Program-made: the position numbers and the translations under genes
Shown: piece by piece, positions 39,551 through 48,062 of the stretch
Layout of the letters: each line of letters begins with the position of its first letter
How positions within the stretch are numbered: position 1 is the first letter of the stretch
Assembly (NCBI GenBank): GCA_963727625.1
Contig: CAVSHR010000004.1
Span: 160,001 to 224,000 of the forward strand
DNA length: 64,000 nt
Direction of reading: 5' to 3'
Origin: an uncultured delta proteobacterium
Lineage (GTDB): Bacteria; Desulfobacterota; Binatia; UBA9968
The notes under the pieces: generated by a model
The model's input: only the letters and a program-made list of their open reading frames with translations
What the model was told of the DNA's origin: nothing
Database searches by the model: none

Positions 39551-40384
39551 TTATCGCTGCTTTGGGTCGAGCATGTCGCGTAGGCCGTTGCCCAAAAGAT
39601 TGAAGGACAGAATCGTCAGAAAAATCGCCCCGGCGGGAAAGGCGATGATGTGGGGATAGCTGCGCATGGCGCGGTAGCCGTCTTGCGCCAGCGTGCCCCA
39701 GCTGGTGCCCCAGGCGCTGTATGGGTCGTTGATGCCGATGCCGATGAAGCTCAAGGTCGATTCGGCGAGAATCGCCGACGGAATGCTGAAGGTCAGCGTG
39801 ACGATGATCGGCCCGAGGATGTTGGGCAGAATGTGGCGCAGCATGATTCTCCAGCGCGAGGCACCGAGCGCGTTGGCGCTCTCGACGAAGAGAAATTCCT
39901 TGGCCTGGAGCGCCTGGCCGCGGACGATGCGGGCGAAGCGCACCCAAGAGACCAGTCCGAGAGCGACCAGCAGGCCGCCGATGTTGCGGCCGAACAGAAG
40001 CGACAGCAAAATAAAAATCAGCATCTCCGGCAGGCCGTAGAAGATATCGACGACGCGCATCATGAATTGATCCAGGGTGCCGCCTCTGAAGCCGGCGACG
40101 AGACCATAGCTTGTGCCGATGACCAGCGCGATCAGCGCGGTGCCGAGGCCGACGGTGATCGATACCCGCGCGCCGTAAAGCACGCGGGTGAAAAGATCGC
40201 GTCCGAGGTTGTCGGTGCCCATCCAGTGCGACCGGCTCGGCGCTTCTAAAAGCTGCTTCGCTTCCAGGCCGCCGACGGAGTAAGGCGCAATCCACGGCGC
40301 GAGATAGCCGAGTACGACAACGATGCAAACGATCAGCGCGCTTACGATGAGCCAGGGATTTGCCGCCGCCGTTGATTTATTCAC
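39551..40384 (-). CDS. oppC: oligopeptide ABC permease
   Basis: GTDNLGRD, EFLFVESANALGAS, HILPN, ESTLSFIG. Confidence 0.9.
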   Translation of the reverse strand: MNKSTAAANPWLIVSALIVCIVVVLGYLAPWIAPYSVGGLEAKQLLEAPSRSHWMGTDNLGRDLFTRVLYGARVSITVGLGTALIALVIGTSYGLVAGFRGGTLDQFMMRVVDIFYGLPEMLIFILLSLLFGRNIGGLLVALGLVSWVRFARIVRGQALQAKEFLFVESANALGASRWRIMLRHILPNILGPIIVTLTFSIPSAILAESTLSFIGIGINDPYSAWGTSWGTLAQDGYRAMRSYPHIIAFPAGAIFLTILSFNLLGNGLRDMLDPKQR

Positions 40385-40400
40385 GCTTCCCTCTTGGTGC

Positions 40401-41318
40401 TCAGTTGGCTCGAATGCGCGGGTCGACGTAGCCGTAGAGCAGGTCGACGACGAAATTAGCGCAGACCAGGAGCGCGGTATAGATCAGCGTGACGCCCATG
40501 ATCAGCGGATAGTCGCGGTCGGTTACCGCGGTGATAAAAAAGCGTCCCATGCCGGGGATGGCGAAAACATATTCGACGACGAAGGAACCGGTGAGCAGTG
40601 CGGCAGCGAGCGGTCCCATGACGGTCAAGACCGGGATGAGCGAGTGGGACAGCGCATGCTTCATCACGACCATCGATTCTTTCAAACCCTTGGCGCGCGC
40701 CGTGCGCACAAAGTCTTCGCCGAGGGTCTCGATCAACGTCGAACGCAAGAGTGCCACCAGATAGGCCGCCGGCGCGGCGCCAAGGGTAATGGTCGGCAAG
40801 ATCACGCTGCTCCAATCGTCCCAGCGACCGGCCTGCAGCCAGCCAAACTCGAGGGCGACCGTCCAGATCAACAGCGCGCCTAAAATAAAATTGGGCAGTG
40901 AGATGCCGAGGGTGGCAAGCAGCAAACAAAGGCGGTCGACCAATGAGCCGCGGTAATAGGCGGCGAACAGAGCGACGGGAAAGGCTGCCAGGAGGGCAAA
41001 GATCAGCGCAAGGGCGCCGAGCAGGGCGGAGGTCGGCAAGGTTTCGCCGATGATTTGGCTCACGCTTCGGTCGAGATACTTGTAAGAGGGGCCGAAGTCG
41101 GCGCGCGCGACTCCTGAGAGATAGCGCAGGTACTGCTTCGGTACCGATTCGTCGAGGTGATACTTGGCCGCTAAATTAGCCAAAACCTCCGGCGGTAGTT
41201 TTCGTTCGCTGTCGAAGGGGCCGCCCGGCGCTACCCGCAAGGCCAGAAACGTCAGCGTGGCGACGACCCAGAGAACGATCAATCCATGGACGATGCGCTT
41301 CAGAAGTAGGGCAATCAT
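40401..41318 (-). CDS. oppB: oligopeptide ABC permease
   Basis: APGGPF, DFGPSY, FVRTARAKGL, FAIPGMGR. Confidence 0.92.
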   Translation of the reverse strand: MIALLLKRIVHGLIVLWVVATLTFLALRVAPGGPFDSERKLPPEVLANLAAKYHLDESVPKQYLRYLSGVARADFGPSYKYLDRSVSQIIGETLPTSALLGALALIFALLAAFPVALFAAYYRGSLVDRLCLLLATLGISLPNFILGALLIWTVALEFGWLQAGRWDDWSSVILPTITLGAAPAAYLVALLRSTLIETLGEDFVRTARAKGLKESMVVMKHALSHSLIPVLTVMGPLAAALLTGSFVVEYVFAIPGMGRFFITAVTDRDYPLIMGVTLIYTALLVCANFVVDLLYGYVDPRIRAN

Positions 41319-41478
41319 TACCTGCGCTGACTGTAACCCGTCGAGCCGTTATTGTCATGCGCGGTCGACTAAAGAGAAAATTGTCTTTCCAATTGCATTG
41401 AGGGGGGAAACTCCAAGCAGATCTTTCGCTCTGCTCATCAGCGAGACCTTCGCGCGGCATAGGGCGCCTGCGGCGAAA

Positions 41479-42951
41479 CTAGCGGCGCGCCCCAGCGCGT
41501 TTTTCCAGGGCCAAACTGAATCCGGGCTTGCGCACGTGGATTCGGCTGCAGTCGCGCCGGCGGGTCAGCTCTTCGATCAGCGCCATCAGCGGATTATGCC
41601 CATCGCGGTATTCCTTCGGCGCGCCGGCCGCACGCATGGCGTCGAAATCCTCGTTGCCGGCGACATAGCGCATCAGCAGCTCATCGTCGTCTAAGCCGGG
41701 GCCGCCGAGTTTGTTGCGAACTTCGGTAAGCGTAGGCTGCGGCGGCTCCCAGTTGGTGAATTCTTTGGCGCGCGCCCGGTCGAGGATCTTCGCCTTGACG
41801 GCCGGGTCGACTTCCGACGCCGCTTCGCCGCCCCAGAGCCCGACCGCATACTGAATGACCTGATCGGTGACCTGGAGATAACGCTCGCCCTTGATCACGT
41901 TGATCGCTGCCTGGCTGCCGACGAACTGAGAGAACGGCGTGACCATGATCGGGTAGCCCAGATCTTTCCTCACTTGCACGGCCTCTTCCAGGACTTCAGG
42001 CAGGCGATGCAGCAATCCCAGATTTTGCAGCTGAAAGCGCAGATTGGAAATCATGCCGCCCGGTACTTGATGCACATATTGGCTGTAATCGTATTCCACC
42101 GGCGCGCCGATGGGCATGTTCTCCAACTTGGCAAAAAACGTTAAGTCCTTTTCCACCGAGCCGAGCGCCGCTTCGTCGATGACCGGAGAGTAGCCGAGCG
42201 CTCGGGAATTTTGCGCCACGTTGAACACCGAAGGGTTCGACGACGCATTGGCGAGCGGCGGCACCGAGGTATCGATGATCCCGACGCCAAGTTTGATCGC
42301 TTCGAGGGCGCACAGAGGACCTAGCCCGGTGGTGCAATGAACATGCAGTTCGATAGGAAAATTCGGCGCTTCTTTCTGAATCACCTTGACCAGGGCGATG
42401 GTGCGCTCGGGCGTGAGCAATCCGCCCGGATCTTTCAGACAAATAAAGTCGGGTGTCAATGCGGCCGCCTGGCGCGCTTTGCGCCCGTAGTAGGCATCGG
42501 TATGTTTGGGCGAAACCGAAACGATTAAATTAAGCACCGTGCCCAGGCCGTTGCGCTTGGCGCGCTCGACCGACTTCTTCCAGCCTTCCGGATCATTGGC
42601 CGGATCGGAGATGCGCAACTGCTTCATGCCGTTGGCGACCATGCGCTCGAACCATAGATCGACCACCGAATTCGGGGTCAGCTCGAAGGCGCTGATGCGC
42701 TCGGCGCCGATGGCGCGCAGCGGCGTCCTGGTGATTTGTTTCGCCACCCGGCGCATGCGCTCGAAGGGGTCTTCGCGCAGCTCGCGCACGCATTTCTTGA
42801 TGTGGCTCGAAGCGATCAGCTCGATGGCTTGGAAGCCGGCGTTATCGATGCGATCGGCCACGGCGAGCATCATGCCGGTGCGCATGTTTTCGGCCCACAA
42901 ACTGGCCTGGCCATCGCGCAACGTGGTATCGACAAATTTGACTTCACTCAT
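41479..42951 (-). CDS. carboxyltransferase subunit (PycB/OadA-like, no biotinyl domain)
   Basis: DTTLRDG, KDPGG, HVH, HQVPGGMISN, GYPIMVTPFSQ. Confidence 0.88.
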   Translation of the reverse strand: MSEVKFVDTTLRDGQASLWAENMRTGMMLAVADRIDNAGFQAIELIASSHIKKCVRELREDPFERMRRVAKQITRTPLRAIGAERISAFELTPNSVVDLWFERMVANGMKQLRISDPANDPEGWKKSVERAKRNGLGTVLNLIVSVSPKHTDAYYGRKARQAAALTPDFICLKDPGGLLTPERTIALVKVIQKEAPNFPIELHVHCTTGLGPLCALEAIKLGVGIIDTSVPPLANASSNPSVFNVAQNSRALGYSPVIDEAALGSVEKDLTFFAKLENMPIGAPVEYDYSQYVHQVPGGMISNLRFQLQNLGLLHRLPEVLEEAVQVRKDLGYPIMVTPFSQFVGSQAAINVIKGERYLQVTDQVIQYAVGLWGGEAASEVDPAVKAKILDRARAKEFTNWEPPQPTLTEVRNKLGGPGLDDDELLMRYVAGNEDFDAMRAAGAPKEYRDGHNPLMALIEELTRRRDCSRIHVRKPGFSLALEKRAGARR

Positions 42952-42971
42952 CCCAGTCTACTCGGTTGTAA

Positions 42972-43047
42972 TCACCGCGGAGACGCAGCGTTCACAGAGA
43001 TTCCATCACATACGCTTAGCTCCGCGTGCTCGGTGCCTCCGCGGTGA
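42972..43047. repeat. REP-like intergenic inverted repeat
   Basis: TCACCGCGGAG ... CTCCGCGGTGA perfect 11-bp inverted ends. Confidence 0.6.
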
Positions 43048-43084
43048 GCTATCTTATTTTTCACGGGCGATCATCCTTTCGCAT

Positions 43085-44452
43085 TTATCCGGGTTGCGCC
43101 GCCGGGTACTCTTCGAGTTTTTTTTCCAACCAGCGGGTGTTGACGGCGCCGGCTCGGTATTCGGGGTCGGCGATGACGGTTTCTAAAAATGGAATAAGAG
43201 TGTCGATGCCGCTGACGTGAAAGTCCTGCAAGGCTTTCATCATGTGATCGGCGGCCTCCTGGCGCGTGCCGGCGTGGACGATCAATTTGGCCAGCAGCGA
43301 GTCGTAGTAAGGCGGCACGAAATAGCCCGGGTAGCAGTGGGTATCGAGACGGATCCCTTGCCCCGTCGGTCCCTGCCATTTGGCAATCCGGCCGGGGCAG
43401 GGGCGAAAGCCATGCTGCGGTGACTCGGCGTTGATGCGGCATTCGATGGCGTGGCCGGTGAAATTGATGTCTGCCTGCTTATAGGACAGAGTTTCACCGC
43501 GCGCGATCAGAAGTTGCTGCTGCACCAGATCGACGCCGGTGATCATCTCGGTCACCGGGTGCTCGACTTGGATGCGCGTGTTCATTTCGAGAAAATAAAA
43601 TTCCGCCGTGTCGTTGTCGTAGATGAACTCGATGGTGCCGGCGCTACGGTAGCCGATACTCCGCGCCAGGGTCGCCGCGGCATTGCAGATCTTGGCGCGG
43701 ACCTCGGGCGGCACGGCGTAAGCCGGCGCTTCTTCGACGATCTTCTGGTGACGGCGCTGCAGAGAACAATCACGCTCACCCAAGTGAATCACATGGCCAT
43801 GCTGGTCGCCGAGGATTTGCACTTCGATGTGGCGCGCATTGCCGACGTATTTCTCCATGTACAGGGTATCGTTACCGAAGGCGGCGCGGGCCTCGGCCGC
43901 GGCCACGCGAAAGGTGTTTTCCATTTCACCCGGGTTCCAGACCAGTTTAATTCCGCGGCCGCCGCCACCCGCCGAAGCCTTGAGCAGGAGCGGGTAACCG
44001 ATCTGTTCGGCGAGCCGGGCCGCCTCATGGGGGTTCTTCGCGTGGTCCGATCCCGGCACCAGCGGCACGCCGGCACCGCGCGCGATTTTGCGCGCTTCGA
44101 GCTTGTCTCCCATCATCGTGATGTTCTCAGCGCTGGGGCCGACGAAGGTAATTCTATTCTCGGCGCAGGCTTCGGGCAGGGCTGCGCGCTCGGCCAAAAA
44201 TCCGTAGCCGGGATGGATCGCGTCGCAGCCGGTGCCTTGGGCGGCGGTGATCAAGTTTTCCACTTTCAAGTAACTGTCGGTGGACCGCGCGGGACCGATG
44301 CAGACGGCGCGATTGGCCAGCTTGGCGGCCAAACTCTCGCGGTCGGCATCGGAAACCGCGGCGACCGTTTCGATCCCCAAACTTTGACAGGCGCGAATGA
44401 TTCTGACGGCGATCTCGCCGCGGTTGGCGACTAAGACGCGGGTGACACTCAT
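43085..44452 (-). CDS. accC: biotin carboxylase
   Basis: ANRGEIA, HPGYGFL, GGGGRG, RDCSLQRR, EMNTRIQVEH, YDSLLAK. Confidence 0.93.
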   Translation of the reverse strand: MSVTRVLVANRGEIAVRIIRACQSLGIETVAAVSDADRESLAAKLANRAVCIGPARSTDSYLKVENLITAAQGTGCDAIHPGYGFLAERAALPEACAENRITFVGPSAENITMMGDKLEARKIARGAGVPLVPGSDHAKNPHEAARLAEQIGYPLLLKASAGGGGRGIKLVWNPGEMENTFRVAAAEARAAFGNDTLYMEKYVGNARHIEVQILGDQHGHVIHLGERDCSLQRRHQKIVEEAPAYAVPPEVRAKICNAAATLARSIGYRSAGTIEFIYDNDTAEFYFLEMNTRIQVEHPVTEMITGVDLVQQQLLIARGETLSYKQADINFTGHAIECRINAESPQHGFRPCPGRIAKWQGPTGQGIRLDTHCYPGYFVPPYYDSLLAKLIVHAGTRQEAADHMMKALQDFHVSGIDTLIPFLETVIADPEYRAGAVNTRWLEKKLEEYPAAQPG

Positions 44453-44472
44453 GGGTACTCCCGAAATGAAAC

Positions 44473-44500
44473 AGGGGCGGGTCTAAAACCCGCCCCTACA
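44473..44500 (-). repeat. GTAG-family REP
   Basis: TGTAGGGGCGGGTTTTAGACCCGCCCCT on the minus strand. Confidence 0.7.
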
Positions 44501-44557
44501 AATAAAGAACGAAACTTGCGAGATTCAATCGACACGTCGCACAGATCAGAAACCGCC

Positions 44558-45040
44558 CTACGGTTTGACGATGAACAAGGTCTGGCCGAACTCGACGAAC
44601 TGCCCGTTTTGCGCCACCACTTCGACGATTGTGCCGCTGACAGTGGCGCGCACGCTGTTAAAAACTTTCATGACTTCGACCAAGCCGACCGTGGTGTCTT
44701 CGGTAATCTGCTGGCCCGCTTTAACGAAGGGCGGGGCGCCGGGCTCGGGAGCGACGTAGAAGGTGCCGAGCAGCGGCGCCGTGATCGGCACCATGCCTTC
44801 GGGAATCGCCGCCGGCTTGGCTGCCGGCGCTGCCGCTGTCGCAGGTGCCGCGACCGGCGCCGCTTTGGCGGCAGTGGGCGCCGGGATCACCGCCGCAGGT
44901 TGGGCGGCGCCGGCAATCGGGATAGGCTCCCCTTTGCTCACGGTGATTTTTAATTCGCCGACTTCGAGTTGGAAATAATCGAACTTCGACTCGTCGATGA
45001 GTTTCAATATATGCAAGACGTCATCTTCACTGAGTTCCAT
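44558..45040 (-). CDS. accB: biotin carboxyl carrier protein
   Basis: Ala/Pro linker, APLLGTFY, EVMKVFN. Confidence 0.92.
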   Translation of the reverse strand: MELSEDDVLHILKLIDESKFDYFQLEVGELKITVSKGEPIPIAGAAQPAAVIPAPTAAKAAPVAAPATAAAPAAKPAAIPEGMVPITAPLLGTFYVAPEPGAPPFVKAGQQITEDTTVGLVEVMKVFNSVRATVSGTIVEVVAQNGQFVEFGQTLFIVKP

Positions 45041-45114
45041 GGGCTCGCCTTCCTCACGGTTGATTGGTTTTATCTCTTATGTGATTTCCCGGAGCTTGGC
45101 AAATTCTCGAAGAA

Positions 45115-46716
45115 TTATTGCTGCTCCGCCGGGCGCACATGGCGCAGATCCATGCGCGCCATCGAGTTGTACTCCAGGCCGGTGAATTTCGGACTGAGCA
45201 GGGTGCCTTCGGCAATCCAATAGAGCGGCACGATGGCGGCGTCGGTTTCGGTAAGCAGTTTTTGCGCTTCATCGTAGAGGGCCACGCGCTTGGCGGGATC
45301 GCTTTCGCGCGCCGCCTGATCGAGCAATCGATCGTAGTTTGGATTTTTCCAGCGGCCGTTATTGTTACCGCTGTCGGAGGTAAAAAGCTTCATGAAGTTG
45401 TCGGGGTCGGGGTAGTCGGCGCCCCAACCGGAGCGGAACACGGGAAAAGGATCGTTCTGCAGTTTATTCAAAAATATCTTCCACTCTTGGTTTTCGATCT
45501 TGACTACAACCCCCAGGTGCGTTTGCCACATGCTCTGGACCGCCTCGGCGACCAATTTTTTTTCCTCGTCGGTGTTGTAGCCGAGCACGATGGGCGGCAA
45601 CCCCTTGCCTTCGGGATAGCCGGCGTCGGCGAGCAGGCGGCGCGCTTTTTCCGGATTAAAACTCAAACCGATCTTGGGATTATGCGCGAGCATGCCGGGC
45701 GGGATCCACGAGGTTGCCGGTAGCCGGCCGCCCTGAAGAATGTGAGGAAAGACCTCGCGGTCGATGGCCATTGCAAACGCTCGCCTTAGTTGAGGGTTAT
45801 CGAAAGGTTTGCGATCGACGGCGAAGGCATAGTACTCGCCGCGCAATTGTGGCACCAGTTTGTAGCCCGGCATTTTTGCCAAGCGCGGTTTCTCCAGCGC
45901 CGGTATGCTGTGAGTCTCGTCGATGAAATCGAGCCGGTCCTGCTCGAACATCGCCAGCGCCGTGGTCTTTTCATTGACCATGTACATCGTCACGCTGTCG
46001 AGCGGCGGCTTGCCGCGAAAAAAATCGGCGTTGGCACCAAGCTCGATTTCGTTCTCATGCTTCCACGAGACCAGGCGGAAGGGGCCGTTGGTGATAATAT
46101 TTCCCGGATCCGTCCAGCGGTTGCCGAACTTTTCGATGACGTCCTGACGTTGCGGGTAGGTAACTTCGAACGTAGTGATGGCGAGAAAATAGGATGCGGG
46201 GTGACGCAGCGTAACCACCAGCGTATGGTCGTCCTGCGCGTGGACGCCGACCGTTGACGCATCTTTGATTTTCCCCTCGTTGAATTTTTGCGCGTCGACA
46301 AGGTCGAAGAGAGTATAGGCGTATTGCGAAGCGGTTTTGGGATCGAGCAGGCGTATCCACGAGTATTCAAAATCCTGGGCCCTGACAATCTTACCGTCGA
46401 TCCACTTCACATCGTCGCGCAGGTGAAAAACGATCTTTTTGCCGCCCTCCAGGACCTCCCAGGACTTGGCGATCACCGGCGCGGGTTTTAAGTCTTTGTC
46501 GAATTCCGTGAGACCGATCATCAAATTCGAAATCACGTTGAACGACACATGATCGGTGGCCAGAGACCAGTCCAGGCTCGGCGGCTCGGTACCGAGATTG
46601 ACGCGAAAATGGCTTGCGCCGCCCTCTGGCGGCGTGGATTTGCAAGCGCCCAGTAGGGCGCTGAACGCCAGCGCCAAGAGACAAAGCAGTGCGCGGGATT
46701 TTCCTGGAGGTAACAA
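45115..46716 (-). CDS. oppA: oligopeptide ABC substrate-binding lipoprotein
   Basis: LLGAC lipobox, EPPSLD, AQDFEYSW, NGPF, GWGADYPDP. Confidence 0.9.
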   Translation of the reverse strand: MLPPGKSRALLCLLALAFSALLGACKSTPPEGGASHFRVNLGTEPPSLDWSLATDHVSFNVISNLMIGLTEFDKDLKPAPVIAKSWEVLEGGKKIVFHLRDDVKWIDGKIVRAQDFEYSWIRLLDPKTASQYAYTLFDLVDAQKFNEGKIKDASTVGVHAQDDHTLVVTLRHPASYFLAITTFEVTYPQRQDVIEKFGNRWTDPGNIITNGPFRLVSWKHENEIELGANADFFRGKPPLDSVTMYMVNEKTTALAMFEQDRLDFIDETHSIPALEKPRLAKMPGYKLVPQLRGEYYAFAVDRKPFDNPQLRRAFAMAIDREVFPHILQGGRLPATSWIPPGMLAHNPKIGLSFNPEKARRLLADAGYPEGKGLPPIVLGYNTDEEKKLVAEAVQSMWQTHLGVVVKIENQEWKIFLNKLQNDPFPVFRSGWGADYPDPDNFMKLFTSDSGNNNGRWKNPNYDRLLDQAARESDPAKRVALYDEAQKLLTETDAAIVPLYWIAEGTLLSPKFTGLEYNSMARMDLRHVRPAEQQ

Positions 46717-46801
46717 GTGCTTTTCAAACTTGCTTGAAAGAGGTTTAGCCGGTATTAGTACTCCAATAACTCCGCACCTTCAAGAAAGAGACTCGTTGAC
46801 T

Positions 46802-47833
46802 ATGGATGCAAAAGATTTGGTGATGAACAGCTTGGTGATCGAGGGTCATCGGGACGTTTACGAGCAGCTCTATCGAACCTCCCTTGGGGAAAAATCGCCG
46901 ATCCGCGACGCCGTGGCACCGCGTCTGATGCGCGACGGCATTAATATGACCGTCTACGCGATCAGCGGCGACTCCTATTCCCACTCGCAAAACACCGGGC
47001 GCTATTTGGAAACCGCGCTGGATCAAATCGATCAGTTTCTCGAGGAGGCGCCGCGCTCGGAGGGAATGATCCAGATGGTCAAGACCCGCGGCGATCTCCC
47101 GGAAAAAGCCGAGCCGGGAACCGTTAAATTTTTGCTGCACTTCGAGGGCTGCATGCCGCTGCGCGGCAGCATTCATAATCTCAGAAATTTCTACCGCCTC
47201 GGGCTGCGCTCGCTGCAGCCGGTATGGAATTTTCGCAATGAGCTCGGCGACGGTGTGTGGGAGAACCGCACCGGCGGCGGGCTGACCCATTTCGGCGTAG
47301 CAGTGATCAAAGAAGCGAATCGCCTGGGCATGGTCGTCGATCTCTCGCATATGAACCGCGAGGGCTTCTTTCAAGCCCTGGACGCCGCCACTGCGCCGCT
47401 TTTGGTTAGCCACGCCAACGCCTGCGGCATGCTCGACAATGCGCGCAATCTCGCCGACGATCAGATCAAGGCGATCGCCAATCAAGGCGGCCTGGTCGGC
47501 ATCCTGGCGTTGCCCGAGCGCGTCGGCAAAGGCGAGGTTGGGATCGACGACATGCTCAAACACATGGACTACATGATCAAGCTCGTCGGCATCGAGCACC
47601 TCGCGCTGGGCATGGATTTCGTCAAATACGACGGACCGCGCACGCTCAAGGACCGCCACCATCCGCTGCACAAGGACCCGCTGATCAAGGGCTTCGAAGA
47701 AATCGAAGATCTGCCCAATCTGATCGACGGCTTGCAGCGCCATGGCTACAAAGACGAAGAAATTCAATTGATCCTCGGCGGCAATTATCTGCGGGTGTTG
47801 AAGACGGTCCTACCGGAGCAGTCGGTGATTTGA
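46802..47833 (+). CDS. membrane dipeptidase family (peptidase M19)
   Basis: EGHRD, HFEG, VDLSH, VSHAN, RNLAD, GMDF, GGNYLRV; start moved to ATG 46802. Confidence 0.88.
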   Translation: MDAKDLVMNSLVIEGHRDVYEQLYRTSLGEKSPIRDAVAPRLMRDGINMTVYAISGDSYSHSQNTGRYLETALDQIDQFLEEAPRSEGMIQMVKTRGDLPEKAEPGTVKFLLHFEGCMPLRGSIHNLRNFYRLGLRSLQPVWNFRNELGDGVWENRTGGGLTHFGVAVIKEANRLGMVVDLSHMNREGFFQALDAATAPLLVSHANACGMLDNARNLADDQIKAIANQGGLVGILALPERVGKGEVGIDDMLKHMDYMIKLVGIEHLALGMDFVKYDGPRTLKDRHHPLHKDPLIKGFEEIEDLPNLIDGLQRHGYKDEEIQLILGGNYLRVLKTVLPEQSVI

Positions 47834-47883
47834 CTGGTCTCCCGATTGGCAAAATGCGTCCTCAAGCGTTTCCCCAGACCTGT

Positions 47884-47982
47884 ACTCTCCCCCTTGACGG
47901 GGGAGAGTTAGAGAGGGGGCGTTGGATGGTGCTCCGAAGATTCACCCCCATCCTCGCCGTCCCCCGTCGCGGGGGAAGGGAT
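47884..47982. repeat. REP-like palindrome pair (CTCTCCCCC...GGGGGAGAG)
   Basis: ACTCTCCCCC-TTGAC-GGGGGAGAGT and a degenerate inverted partner at 47944-47980. Confidence 0.6.
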
Positions 47983-48062
47983 AGGCCCGCGCACACAGTC
48001 GATTCAATATTCGCGACCATCCGCTTTCCTCAGTCGTGTCGCGCGGAAGAAAATCATTTCTC

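Noticed and set aside
41419-41449. Minus-strand CTGATGA...CGAAA as a hammerhead ribozyme
   Set aside because: Only 1 nt lies between the putative cleavage triplet and CUGAUGA, so there is no stem I; the segment folds as a simple hairpin.
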